From: Camelus ferus
Lineage: Eukaryota
Assembly: GCF_009834535.1 (NCBI RefSeq)
Contig: NC_045698.1
Span: 7,008,001 to 7,072,000, forward strand
Direction of reading: 5' to 3'
DNA: 64,000 nt
The notes beneath the pieces are model-generated. The model was not told the origin of the DNA. It saw only the letters and a list, made by a program, of their open reading frames with translations, and ran no database searches. Position numbers and translations under genes: made by a program. Positions 49,907 through 63,243 of this stretch are shown here, in pieces (positions within the stretch are counted from its first letter, which is position 1; each line of letters begins with the position of its first letter).

Positions 49907-52196
49907 ATGGCATCTGCCTCTGGTCGCCTTTCAGATGGCAGACCCCAGTACTGGGTTCCTTCCCTTGCCTCAGCCTTGACCCAGCCTACAAAGAGCCACA
50001 GCTGGCTCTGTACCTACATTCCATGCACATCCCCACCCCAACCCCCAGGGAAGAGGGGGATGCAACTCCATAACATCATTTGGGTGTTGCTTGATACAGC
50101 AAGAGTAAGCCAACAAGCATTGCCAACATCTGGTGGTCAGGCCTCCAGGCTCCGCTGCCAGGACCTGTGTCCAGGAAGTGGGACTGATTGGGGATGCAGT
50201 CTCCTAAAGCACTCAGGCTTTCTGACATGAGGGGTTGAGAATCAGAATCTTGGATCCACCTAGCAGAATTCCACCCGCAGCCCAATGACAGCCGCTGTGT
50301 CATCCAGTTATAATTATGAGAAAGAGAATCTGATTGGTCACACCTGGCCAATGCCGTTACCTCCCTTTGGATCAATCAGAAATGTCCAGGGGTATAGGGT
50401 CACTGGATGAAAACAAGGCTACCTCCCGCACACTTTCTGTGAAGGTGGCATGGGCTCATTTGGTTAATATGATCAGGACTGTCAAACATTTACTAACATA
50501 CCCAAAACTAGATAGTTCACTGACCAGGATTCTCTGGCAAACCAGTGATGTTGTGGAAGGTCAGTTGGTACTCCAGTCCAGAGGGAAGGTTGGCTAGACA
50601 CTAGCTGGTGCTGAAAAGTGCAGATCACTGATGCTCCTTACAGCCACCCCTGGTGGACATCACTAGTCCTTGCCGACACCCCATTCTCTTCCTACTCTGG
50701 CCAATGTGAGACCACACATCTCAAGCCCTTGTGTTTGGGGGCTGAGGGACCTGGAGACTAGCTGCTGACCAATGGGGTGCCTGAGCTAGCAAAGAGCCCC
50801 AGTCCCTCCTCCCCTTCTGCTGCCACCTAGAAGTCCATGTATTCCAGAGAGCACAGCCCAAAAATGGCAGAGCCTCCATCATCCAGGGCCCCTGACAACT
50901 GTGTGGGCACAGCCGTCTACCCACTGTGTTGGATACCAAGTGTGAGTGAGGATAAACTCTTGTGTTACTCCATTGAGCTGCTGGGGTTGTTTCTTACTGT
51001 AGCAAAACCCAGCCTCATCCAACGGATACACTCGATCTGCTCAATTAAATTCCAGATGAATCAAACTTAGACCTAAAGCCAACAAAAAAGGCTTACAGAC
51101 AGCCTTTGATATTTACAGCCATCTTTCAATTAGCAGGATTTCTGCTTCTTTCATAAGTGGGAAAGAGAAAGTCCCAGGAACTTTAAGTTGATGGCAACCA
51201 AATTCAGAGGGAGTTGGATGTATAAAAGCACATGTGACTCTGCCAATTAATCTGGGACTTGATGAACAAACCCGGACTGATCAACCCAGAGCATGCCAAC
51301 CACTGCCTCGAGCCTTCATGAGAGACATCATCACAGTCAGAGCAGTGGTCCATGCAGCCCAATAATTTGTCTCAGACAAGACACGAAAGTGCACCCCCAC
51401 CATTCTGCCTTGAACTGCACATGGTTTTAACCTAATTTCCTATCATTTTATTCCTTGTCGCTTTTCCCTCAAACAACCTCATAATTGTGATAATTAGAAG
51501 CAATAGGGCAGATGTTTGTAAGGAGAAATTAGAGCCGTTCAGGGTATTGCCCTACCCAGTCAAGGTAATTATCTTGAAATTGGAATGCCACAACCAGAAT
51601 TGAGAGCACCTACTCACAGTCGAGTCACGCCAGTCACATCTATTGTGTTGCACTTTACTAACAATTGTCATTACAGAAATAAACAAGCTGCCTCAGCAGG
51701 CAAGGCAGGAGAAAAGACAGGGCTCTCCTTAATTCACGTCCACACAGACATGATAACCCACATCCCTTAGAACCCAGCAGTGTCTTAGTCAGTGTCTCTG
51801 CCATTCTTGAGCTTGAGGGCTTTCCTTGAAACTCTCTATTCCTTTGTCCCAATGACAGGACTGGCTTATGCTCTCCTCCTACCCCTGTGACCGCGCCTTC
51901 TCGGTCTCCTTGGTGGACCCGCACTCTTCTAAGTCCCCTTACTCGCTGGCATTCCTCAGGATTCACTCTTAGTCACGGTCTTTATTGTTATGCATGCTCT
52001 CCTTGAAAATTCTCACCTACATTCGTGCATCAAACATAGATGATGATACCCAACCCCTTTCCTGAGCTCCCAACTCATGTACCTCGTGCCCACCTCCACC
52101 TGGATGTCCCACAGACACTTCTACACGCCCCAGACTAAACCTTGTCACGCTCTCTCAGACTCCTTCCTCATTGGTATTCTCTATTTTGCTCAGATG

Positions 52197-52634
52197 ATAC
52201 AGTGGGTTGAATGGTATCCCACCAAAGATACGTCCATCTTGAACATCAGAATGTAATCTTATTTGGAATAATAGTCTTTGAAGATGTAATTAAGTTAGGA
52301 ACATCAAGATGAGATCATCCTGAATTCAGGGTGCGTGCTAAATCTAATGGCTGATGTCCTTCTAAGAGAGAGATGGAGGGAGGTCTGAGGCAATGAGACA
52401 CAGTGAAAACACAGGCAGAGATTGAAGGAGCACCAAGGATTGCCAGTAACACCAGAGATAGAGAAAGAAAGGCCACGGAAGGGATTCTCTCTCAGAGCCT
52501 CCAGAGGGAACCCATCCTGCCGACACTCTGATTGTGGACTTCTGGCCTCCGGAACTGTAGCACAATAAATTTATGTTGCTTTAAGCACCCCAAGTCTGTA
52601 GTAATTTGTCACATAGCCCCAGGACACTAATACA
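52197..52634 (+). mobile_element. MLT1C-like LTR inserted within an L2 (~51780-53530)
   Basis: gggttgaatggtatcccaccaaagatacgtcc...ctggcctccggaactgt...ggacactaataca. Confidence 0.82.
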
Positions 52635-54024
52635 GATGGCATGCCTCCAGCCATCTAAAACTTGGCAGTGACCTTGGACTCCTTCCTCCTCTCTCACTTC
52701 CCATTTCCAAACAGTCACCAAACCTTGCTGATTCTTCCTCCAAAATATCCGCCATGTCTGCTTCTATCTTGTCTCTCTCAAGTCCAGCCTTCCCACAGAC
52801 ATGGAACCACTATTCTAAAACACGAAGGAGAGTGTCCGAGAGCCCTACGCTGGTGCTCACAGCCCTTTCTTGCCCCTCCTTATTCCACTGCTGGCTTCCC
52901 ACTGCCCCCTTGGTGGCACCCCTATCCTGCTCTGGTTCCCCAAATCCCCCAGGTTGTTTCTCACCTCCTTGCATTTGCTTGGACTCTCCCTTGGATCATC
53001 TGTCTTCATCCCACACTGTCTATCTCCCATTCACCTGACCATATCCTACCTAGCTACTCACCCTTTAATATCCCAGCAGGTGTCACCTTCCCCAACAATT
53101 GTCCTTCCTTGGCTGGGGAGCCCCAAGCATATCCAGGAGTGCTTCTCAAGATACTTAATGACTAGGCACTGGTCAAGCAGTGCTGATGCTGGCTGCAGCA
53201 CTGGGCCAGTGAGTGAGAAAAACCCTGCTTCTATAACAGACCTAAGCCCATGATTACTTACCCATGAGGGACAGAACCACTGGAAGAGCATACAATTTGT
53301 ATATCAGCCTTGTCCCTGTTAGTATAAGTTACATCTACAATATCATATTGTAACCACTTCTGTGTCTATCATCCCACTAGGTTATCAAGTCCTCTAGAGC
53401 AAGTGTCTGTGTCTTAATTCATCTTTATATCCTAACAGGCAGCATGATGTCTGTCCTAAGTAGATATTCTACGACGTTTACTGAAGCACATGAATCAGTA
53501 AATGAATTGATGAGTGAATGAATGATCAAATGAATGCACTGAAAATAACAACAAGAAATTATTAGCTCCCATTGAATTTGAATTAAGGAGCATATACTGT
53601 GGCAGAAAGATTCTGTGTTAATGCAAAGGAATGTTCTGCAATATAGGACATGTCACAGAGGGAAAGCTCATGAATGAAGGAATCGTTCCTAAGAGCCTAA
53701 CTGGATTGTTGCCGTCTAGTCCCAAAAAGGCTAAAGGCAGTGCACTCCCAACAAAAGAAGCCACAGGCTATCGCTTAGGACAAGCAAAATCAGAGCACTC
53801 CCAGCCTTGTTTCTTGTGGGCCATGATCCAGGCACGTGTCGGGATGGGGCACAGGTCACACCATGGGGGTTGTGCTAATCTTGTCTGCCTGGCACTAGAA
53901 GATCATTTTTGACCTTCTGGGGCTGCACATCTATTATGGTCCAGGTTTGGGTACTTATAACTTGGCCTCCTGCCCAAAGATATCATATGGAGAAACTTCT
54001 GGAAAACCTTAGAAAGTGAGGAAA

Positions 54025-54457
54025 ATAAGTTTGTCTTTTTTTTTAGATTCCACATATAAGTGATATCATATGGTATTTTTCTTTCTCTTTCTGGCTTACA
54101 GAAACAGACTCACAGACACTGAAAACAAACTTATGGTTACCAACGGGGAAAGGGGGTGGGAAGGGATAAATTGGGATTTTGAGATTTACAGATACTAACT
54201 ACTATATATATAAACTAGATAAACAACAAGTTCATGCTGTACAGCACAGGGAACTACATTCAGTATCATGTAGTAACTTATGGTGAAAAAGAATATGAAA
54301 ATGAATATATTTATGTTCATGTATGACTGAAGCATTGTGCTATAGATCAGAAATTGACACAACATTGTAAACTGACTGTACTTCAATTAAATATATATAT
54401 TTATTTATATATGTGTATATATATATGTTTTTATATACACACACACACACACACACA
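54025..54457 (+). mobile_element. 5'-inverted L1 3' end with (TA)/(CA) tail
   Basis: Antisense segment ~54025-54097 joined to sense acagaaacagactcacagac.... Confidence 0.8.
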
Positions 54458-54649
54458 AAGTGGGGAAGAGCCAACATATCTGAAATGGTTCCATTGAAAC
54501 TGACTGTGGACTAGATGATCTCTGACACTCTGCAAGGTCTATGTTGTTCACCTACAGGTGAATGAATTTAGCTACAGTTACATGATTTAGCAAATTTTGT
54601 TGGCATCTAGTTAGATAATAATACTTACTATTACTTCCTGATAGATAAG

Positions 54650-54830
54650 CAACAATAACCTACAGTACAGCACAGGAAACTATATTCCACATCTCATAAT
54701 AACTTATAACAAAAAAGAATATGAAAAGATATACATATGTATAACTGAATCACTATGCTGTACACCAGAAACTAACACAATGTTGTAAATTGACAATACT
54801 TCAATTAAAAAAATAAATAAATAATAATTT
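54650..54830 (+). mobile_element. Short L1 3' end
   Basis: tacagcacaggaaactatattc...gctgtacaccagaaactaacacaatgttgtaaat plus A tail. Confidence 0.85.
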
Positions 54831-55054
54831 TTTAAAAATACAATTACTGAAAGAGATGTGCTGAATGTCTTAGAACAGAAGCTCGAGGCTCAGTAACCAG
54901 TAGAACAAGGCACACCTGAACAGGTGTTGACATAGACATCAGGTCATCAGTGAGAGTGAAGAGAAGGGTCCAGGCTCAGTCACTGATGTTCCAGAATGTC
55001 AGGGGGCTACATGGTCCCCTTGAGACCTATTAAAACCCCTTGAGTTCACAGTGT

Positions 55055-55752
55055 TCTTTTTTCCTTTTTTTTTAGACTCCACATATGAGTGATATCATAT
55101 GGTATTTTTCTTTCTCTTTCTGGCTTACTTCACTTAGAATGACAGTCTCCAGTTCCATCCATGTTGCTGCAAATGGCATTATTTTATTATTTTTTATGTC
55201 TGAGTAGTATTCCATTGTATAAATATACCACAACTTCTTTATTCAGTCATCTGTCAATGGACATTTAGGTTGTTTCTGTGTCTTGGCTATTGTATATAGT
55301 ACTGCTATGAACATTGGGGTGCATGTATCTTTTCAAATTAGAGTTCCCTCTGGATATATACTTAGAAGTTTAAAAAAAAAAAAGGACACTATGAACTCAT
55401 CTACAAAACAGAAACAGACTCGTAGACAGCTGGGCATTTGTGGTTCAGTGGTAGAATTCTTGCCTGCCAGACTCGCAGACATAGTAAACAGTCTTACAGT
55501 TACTGCAGAAAGAGGGTGAGAAGGGATATATCTGGGAGTTTGAGATTTGCAAATGTTAGCCACTATAAAAATAGATTTTAAAAAAAAGTTTCTCCTATAT
55601 ATCATAGGGAACTATATTCAGTATCTTGTAATAATCTTTAATGAAAAAGAATATGAAAACAAATACATGTATATATATGCTTGACTGGGACACTGAGCTG
55701 TACACCAGAAACTGACACATTGTAACTCATTGTACTTTAGTAAATAAAGAAA
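55055..55752 (+). mobile_element. 5'-inverted L1 3' end carrying a tRNA-half insertion
   Basis: Antisense part ~55055-55369, then sense part from ~55371. Confidence 0.82.
55434..55469 (+). pseudogene. Tailless retropseudogene of the 5' half of tRNA-Gly(GCC)
   Basis: GCATTTGTGGTTCAGTGGTAGAATTCTTGCCTGCCA matches the tRNA-Gly-GCC 5' half as recalled at 34/36 and ends at the anticodon loop. Flanked by cagactcgtagaca (55415-55428) and cagactcgcagaca (55468-55481). Confidence 0.85.
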
Positions 55753-55924
55753 TAGTCCATATTTTACTAAAAAAAAAACAAAACAAACCTTGAAATAAAC
55801 TGCATGTGGTTTGCACAAATGTATACCCTCATACATACTCAAGCAGTGCTTAATTAGCATATAAGAGATCCTTATCAAAAGCAACACCAGAGAGTTTAGT
55901 CTTCAGAATTAGAAGCTGTTAAGA

Positions 55925-56442
55925 ATTTTTTTACTGTGACAAATATACATAACATAAAATTTACCATTTTGACCATTTTAGGTGTCAGTTCGTTAAGCAC
56001 CTGCACACTGCCGTGCAGCCATCACCACCAGCCATCTCCGGAACTTCTTTCATGTTGCAAAACTGAAACTCTGTACCCGTTAGACACGGACTCCTATTCT
56101 TCTCAAGCCTCTAGCAACCACCATTTTCTTCCTCAAGCCTCTAGTCAACCACGTTGACTACTTCAAGCATGTCACATAAGTGGAATCATACAATATTTGT
56201 CCTTGTGGCTGACTTATTTCACTTTAGGATAACGCCCTCAAGGTCTGTCCGTGCTGTGGCACATGACCGGATTTCCTTCCTTCACAAAGCTGAATGACAT
56301 TCCACTGTAGAGATGGACCACATTTATCCATTCATCTGTCAAATGGCTGTTCCCACCATTTGGCTCTTGTGAATAATGAACAATGCTGCTATGAACATCA
56401 GTGTACAAATATCTGTTCAAGTTCCTTATTTCAATTCTTTAG
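55925..56442 (-). mobile_element. L1MB-like 3' end
   Basis: aaatatacataacataaaatttaccatttt...aagtggaatcatacaatatttgtcc. Confidence 0.82.
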
Positions 56443-56961
56443 GGTCTCCTTGGTGAAATTAATGGCATTTAAGATTAGTGGCTGGTGGGGCACATGTAGG
56501 AAGGGGGCACAGGAATCAGGTGGGGCCAGCAGCCTGTACCAGAGGAGCAGGTGGTTGCTCCAGAACCCCTTGGGCTCGTGACCCTGCACTAAGCTGCTAT
56601 GAGAAGGCAGTTTCTGCCACCCGTGGCAAGGCAAGGCTTACAGCCTGAGGAAAGAAAAAGGGACAATACCTGCCTTCCTCCCTGGTGATCATCTGCAAAC
56701 CTCCAGGGCCTTCGCATATTTACCCAGATCGGCTCAGGCCAGCTCACGACCTAGGGGGATCCTGCTATCAGCACAGGACGGGTTAAGTGAGATGGTGACT
56801 GAAGACACACACTGGAACATGCCAGGCACTGAGCTGAGTGCTCACCAACGTGAGCTAGGAAGGGCTAGCACAGCGGGAAATGGCAGGTGTGGTCCAGGCA
56901 GGTGGTCAGAGTGGGGAGGGGCAGAAGATGCGGGGTCAGGGAGCTGGGCAGTGAGAAAAAG

Positions 56962-57540
56962 TGTGTGAGTTTCCTCTTGCATAACAAGTTACCATGACCA
57001 TAGTGGCTTAAAACAACACAGATTTACGACAATCGTTATTTACAATAATTACAACAATTTACAATAATTTGACATAATTGTAACTTACAATTACCAATTT
57101 GCTTACAATTCTGAGGGTCATCAGTCTAGAGAAGGTCTCACTGGGATAAAATCAAGGTGTCAGCAGGGCTGCATTCCTTTCCAGAGGCTCTCAGGAGAGA
57201 GCCTATACCTCACCTTTTCCAACTTCCACAGGCCACCTGCCTTCCTTGACCGGTAGCTCCTGCCTCCATCCTCAAAGCCAGCAACCAAGGGCAGGTCCAG
57301 TCCTTTTCACACAGCATCACTCTGACCTCCTCTCCCGCCTCCCCTTCCACTTTTAAGGACCCTTGGGATGACAATGGGCCCAGCTAATCCTGGGTCAGCT
57401 CCCCATGTGCTCATTAGCAAACTTAATTCCATCTGCAGCCATAGTCCCCCTTTTCCACATAACCTGACGTATTTGTAGGTTCTGGGGATTCAGACGTGGA
57501 CATCTTTGCAAAGGTGGTGGCGACTATTCTGCTCACCACA
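56962..57540 (-). mobile_element. MLT1D-like LTR with internal short AT-rich tandem repeats
   Basis: tagtggcttaaaacaacacagattta...aaaatcaaggtgtcagcagggctgcattcc...tattctgctcaccaca. Confidence 0.85.
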
Positions 57541-60500
57541 CAAGATCTGGGGACGATAATACGGGGAGGTGGAGGGGAAATCTGTCAGAATCAGAGAAGA
57601 GGGCAACTGGTAGCAGGACTTCAAATACCAGGGAGAAGCTTAAGAATCTAGAATGGTCTTGCAAGAGCAAAGCAGGGTGTCAGGCTGGGGAGACTGGGGT
57701 TAACAGGTGTGTCATCATAGCAAAAATGGAGGCCTAGGGAACAAAGCAGGGGCTGGTTGATGAGACTGAGTTACAAGTGGGAACTTGGCCTCAAGAACAA
57801 GGTGAAAGTACATTCACGGTCCCTGGGGCAGGATCAGAGCAGCGGGGCCAACAAGGCTAATGAAACGTGGGTTCAACTGAGCATTTAACCAATTCTCAGG
57901 GGATCCGCAAGTCCCCCTGACCTTGCAGCAAAGCAGATCACAGCCTAAAGTTAGAAGGCGAGGGTTGGCAGGAAACAGCCAGGGCATCCTGGTTCAAACC
58001 CCAGATTCAAAAAGGCTGAACGCTGATGGAGGGTGCAACCCAAAAAACGGGACAACGGGAGGAGGAGTTTGATTCAGGATGCAGACTCAGCCAAACGAGG
58101 AGATGAACCCGTACACCTGGGGCGTGCCGAGGAGCGGGAACGGACGGCATGGCTCAGCTCCCCCACGCCAGCTCTGCAGAGTGAGCAGGCAGGTTGCCAG
58201 CCAAAGCCAAAAGGGATCCAGAAGATAGAGGGGAACTTTCGAGGGTGCGTTGGGGTTGGAAGGCAAAGAGGAATGTTGACAGCGATCAGAGCTGTCCATT
58301 GGGAATTGGATTCCAATTCTGCTGTGCAGCCAGCGATGTGAGTAATCTTCACCGCCGCTCCAGAAAATAGGAAGCCAACCATCCCTCCATCACTAACGCA
58401 GAGTCAAATCAGATGTGCTGAGGGCTGCTCAGAAACACCAAATCCTGCCTCAGAGTGGCTTGGGCGTGAGCACAGTCACTCCGCAGGCCTTGTGTCACCA
58501 AAGGAAGACGATTATAAGGAATATGTCAGTAATTCAGAAGTCAAATAAGCACAAGGCATAAAAAGGACCTCTCTCCATGTTGACTTCTCCCTTCGCGCTT
58601 AGATGCTCTGATTTCCTAGGAGGCCTTAAGGCATCGCTTTGTTTAAGATGCTGAAAGCCCAGCAGCCCCATGTTGTAATTGGTTTTAGCCGTCAGCACAA
58701 AGCACCTTTGTCTTATTTCTCGAAAGTCAAAGCCAATCAATACACACTACACTTTCTACCTCCCCTGGCTAATCAGAAGGTCAACTGGCAAGAAAGTCTC
58801 CACCCTGGGGATGGCGAAAATCCTGAGGACTACAGAAAAGAGCAAACCTCCCCCTGCCTCCCCCTGCCTTCCTCTGGGAAGTTATCAGAGGTGAACCCAA
58901 GGGCACTGGCCAAGCAGGGCAATAAGGTTCCAGGTTAACTTCAAAACGCAGGAGCTAGGACCCAGACGGCGCTCCCATGCCTTTCTGAGTTAGTGCCTTT
59001 TCCTAGCCTGGGGCCCCACTATTAAAAACGAATATATTAATTGGATCACAGCCAGCACTTTTAACCAAGAGCTTCTGATTTGCAATTTAATAAACTCCTG
59101 CCACAGTGGCTAGTTAATGAAAACTAGAGCATTAAGACCCCATTCAAACACCTCCTTGGCAGCCTTGCCGGGCCAGTTAGCGATAGCACCCAATTTTAAA
59201 AGTCAAGCCTTTCATTTCGGAAAGCCTCAAGATCACACATGGTTTGCCATGCAAGAGCTATGACTACAAAATGATTTTAAGTCTGCTTAAAAGGTACAGC
59301 CCTGGTTAAGTCCAAAATGGAATATTATTTTTGTATTATTGCTTCTGGAGGCAAGTCTCAGCCCCCAGGCATTTCCCATGAAATGAAACAACGACCCAAC
59401 TCAGGGTGATTTAAAAGCAGAGCAGGCCGTTGGGCGGCCGTGGGGGAGCTTGGGAGGAAATCTCTCTTTCTGCCATTTTCGTGCAATCACCAGGAGAGAA
59501 AAAGAACAGTGGATAAGGAAAACAGAAGTAGGTCACACCCAGGCATTAATTTCAGGAAATCCAGCACAGGCTTTCATCTCCATTCAGCTGCCACCCATCC
59601 CTGGCTGGAGGAGAAATCATCCAGGTCCAGAATAAATGGGCACCCACCGCCTTCCTGGGTAAGGCCTAAGGGCTTGGAGCTGTCTGGTGGCAAATCCATC
59701 CGGGGGGAATCGCAGCCCCTGGTGACGGGGCGATATCACATACCTCCCCAACTGCTACCCCGAAAGAGGGATAAAGCACAACAGACCCACCTCCCACAGC
59801 ATGTGCTCGGGGCCCCAGTTAATTGGGGCCCACAGATTTGGCCGGCAGGAGTTTGCATTCACACTTTCCAGGTGACTGATGCGGTAAGGCTGCTGAGACT
59901 TAATAGCGTGGATGAGTGACCGCCTTCCGCCTTGTCTGGAAGTGCTTCCTGGACGGCCAAAGTTCTGCATCTGTGGCCCAGGCCTCGTTACTGAGCTTCA
60001 CTTCTCATAAACAACAATCATCCAGCGTCCTCCACAAATTTCTAGAGGCCCACCCCTCATCATCTACACAGTCAAACCATCACGTGTATCCCACAGTTCT
60101 CAGACCCCAGGGATTCCCGGGACTAAGTCCTGGGGAGGCTGCACTTTTACAGGCTCCTCATCGGGGGACATGGCTCTAGGCTCCAAATCAAGAGCCCTCC
60201 TCCCAGCCTCTCCTTCGTTATCCACATCCACGTGTCCCAAGCTGTAGGATGTGGTCCCCAGTGCAGGGGTTGCAGTCAATTTAGGTAAAGAGTGAGAGAA
60301 GCATTTTTCACAAATTAGAATACAATTGCAGGTGTCAGAAATCATTACGGGATCCTTGGTAAATACCGTTTCTTCAAACTTTTCTCCCAGCTGATGCCCG
60401 TCCACCCACACACTTCCGGGCATCACACTGTGCCACGCGCGGTTCCTGAGGTGGTGGTTGTTACAAAAAATTGGAAAACATGATCTAAACAAATAGTGTC

Positions 60501-60684
60501 CAGTGGTTTCTCATCTCACACTTCATCCTTTAAGATTTTTTGAAGACTGAACTCTCAATAGATGTATATTTATACATGTATCACTTGTATTTATATACTT
60601 ATTATGTACATGATATATAATATGATATACCTTATACTCAGAAATAAAAATTTTAAATTTCATGTAAAACTAAACAGAAATGTT

Positions 60685-60757
60685 ATATAACTGAATCACA
60701 TTGCTGTACACCTGAAACTAACACTGTAAATCAACTACACTTCAATAAAAAAAATAA
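60685..60757 (+). mobile_element. Very short L1 3' tip with poly-A
   Basis: tataactgaatcacattgctgtacacctgaaactaacactgtaaatcaactacacttcaataaaaaaa. Confidence 0.8.
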
Positions 60758-63142
60758 GAATTCTTAAATAGAAAAGTTGCTTCCAGTGTTTTCCACTTGC
60801 ATCCATTCCAATAGCCCTGGGTGCCCAGAACCTGCCCCCTTGGCAGGAGAGGACAGATACTCCCCGGTCCCTCACCTGTCCTCCACTGTCACAAAGTCCT
60901 GCACTTGGGATATGTGATTCCTGCCCACGAGTCCCTCAGAACCTGGTGAGAAAACTGATACACAAACATCACTATGTTGCAAGAGGAGAAGTGCCAGGAC
61001 ACTGAAGACAAAACGAAGGTGGCGTTACAGAGGAGAGCTCGTCGGTGTTCCTGCGAGAGGCGGGGGGCGTCCCCCAGATGGCGGCCTGTGAGCTGGTTGG
61101 TAGAGGGTGGGTGGGCGACACTGGACTGCGGAGAGGAGGAATGAATCTCCAGACAAAAGGAGTCAACACTGTGGCCCTTCCTGCCCTTCACAATCACCTG
61201 GGCACTTGTTTAAAATTCCCTGAACTCCTCCTCCCAGAGTCCAACTCGGCCCAGCTCTTGCACAGAGCTGCCTCCCGCTTCCTGCCGCCCCCCAGTGGAC
61301 TGCAGCATCAGCTAAACGTGGAGTAAGAAATCCCAGGTTCTCAGCGCACGTATAGGAGCCAGCAAGTCACTCAGGCAAAGTTGGTTTTGGTTGTATTTTT
61401 GGTTTTGGTTTTTTTTGTTTGTTTGTTTTTTTACACTGATAGAGTTCAGTCTTATACCACTCACACTCAGTGGGAAAAGGCTTCACACCCCCAAATGCAG
61501 TTCAGCCTGATGTCCTTTGTAGAAATTGTTTAATTGTTTCTCCATCTACCAGCCATGCCTCCTCTCTCCTCCTTATGGGAAACCTCCTCTCACAACTTCC
61601 AGGGTTCCCACTCGCACTCCAGGATGATGGTGCCTAAGGTAATTTATCAGCATATTGCAACCCTCAAACTACAGCGATTGATTGGGGGGGGGGGCATAAA
61701 TCCACACAGGAAATCAGAACAAGGGAGCAAGGTGACCTCGGCTGGGACTGTTCGCAGAGAGACGCGTGCTCTTCCCCTCCCATCCCCACATGAACTTAAG
61801 ATGAGGCGACGCCCAGGCTGCGGCTGCCTCTAACCACCCTGGGGTGGGGCAGGGGACTTTCTGAGACAGAATTCACACAGAGGAAGTAGAACTCATACCT
61901 GGAGAGGGAAACCAGGTCAGGGTAACAAAGTGGGAGCCCTGGAGCCTGGTCCAGCTTTTCTGTTATATACACAGGAAACTCCCTGTTTGTGTTTAGACCA
62001 GTTAGAGTAGCATTTTTTATTTCTTGCAACTACAGGGTCCAACTAATATATCTTCCATCTCCTAGACACACTGCAAGGTGATTGGAGGTTCCCAGCTCCT
62101 CGAACCTCTATGCACAGGGTAGGCACTCGGTAAATTTTTATTGACTACATGAACAGATGGTTCTTTTTCAAAGCAGAAAAACAAAAGTTACAACAGAAAA
62201 TTTTATTTTTCCAAAGAGCAATTTTGGGCATGGCTAGCATACCCTCTACCTGATCAGATGTCAAAATAAAACCACTTTCTTAAACATCTAAAAGAGAAAC
62301 TATAAAACATAAGTGGCCAAAATTCATTTGATCTGTATAACCCAATATGCATGATAAACCATGGCTATCAATGTTCCCCTGATCCTTAATAATCTAATTC
62401 TATAATTTTCTAAGATTCTCTTCCAAAATCCAAATGTAAAATTAAGATTAAAGGATCATTACAACTGAGTCAAGCTCAATAAAACGTGCATCCATCCAAC
62501 AGTAAGTCAGTTCACAGGGCCAGCATGCCTCTATGTGCCACCAACGTGAGATGCCTCAGAAGCTATGATGACACTGGACTCGGTAACTAGAGAGAAGGGT
62601 GAAGTCTACCAAGTTGTTCCAGGCATTTTGTAGAAAGGAATTCTGTCTTATCTGCTAGATTAGCTTCTGGATTCTCTAAGATCTTTTCCAACCAAAACAC
62701 TAATTACTATCAAAAATGTTTCTACTCTTTATTTTGTAAGTTTTATAAGACTGGGGAAAATTATAACTAAAAAGATTAAAAGTTACAAACTCCTAACTTG
62801 TCTAGGTGCAAACATTGTATAAGAATTCTTTACTTGTAATTAACAGAAACCCAATTAGAAAAGTGTGGGCAAAAGCTGGCGGTCCATTGGCTCATGTTAA
62901 GCCTGTTGTCCTTGCGAAAGGTGGGGAGAGATGGAACCAAAGACCTAAATGGTTTCAGGATTCTATTTCTAGCTCGTTCTCCAGAAGTTGACTCTATCAT
63001 CCCAGGAGGCCTGAGGCTGAAAGCAGAGCCACCAGCTACTCTGCATTTCGTATTCACAGCTTGGTGGCCAGAAGGAGGAAGACTTCGTATCCAGTCCGTA
63101 TCTCCCAGGGGAGAACTCTGATCAGCCAGTTCAGGTTAGATG

Positions 63143-63243
63143 TTGGGTAGCCAACTGTCCCAGTCTGCCTGGGACTGGGGAGGTTCCTGGGATGTGGAGC
63201 TTTCCATTTTGAAACTGGGGAAGTCTGAGCTAGTAGAACCCTA
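63143..63243 (+). mobile_element. MER81-like hAT-Blackjack MITE
   Basis: gggtagccaactgtcccagtctgcctgggactg...aaactggggaagtc...accct. Confidence 0.65.

Noticed and set aside
55434..55469. Functional tRNA-Gly gene
   Set aside because: The 3' half, B box and terminator are absent, and it is flanked by TSDs.
62806..63121. Overlapping short ORFs near the window end as an exon
   Set aside because: No recognisable protein similarity or convincing splice pair.
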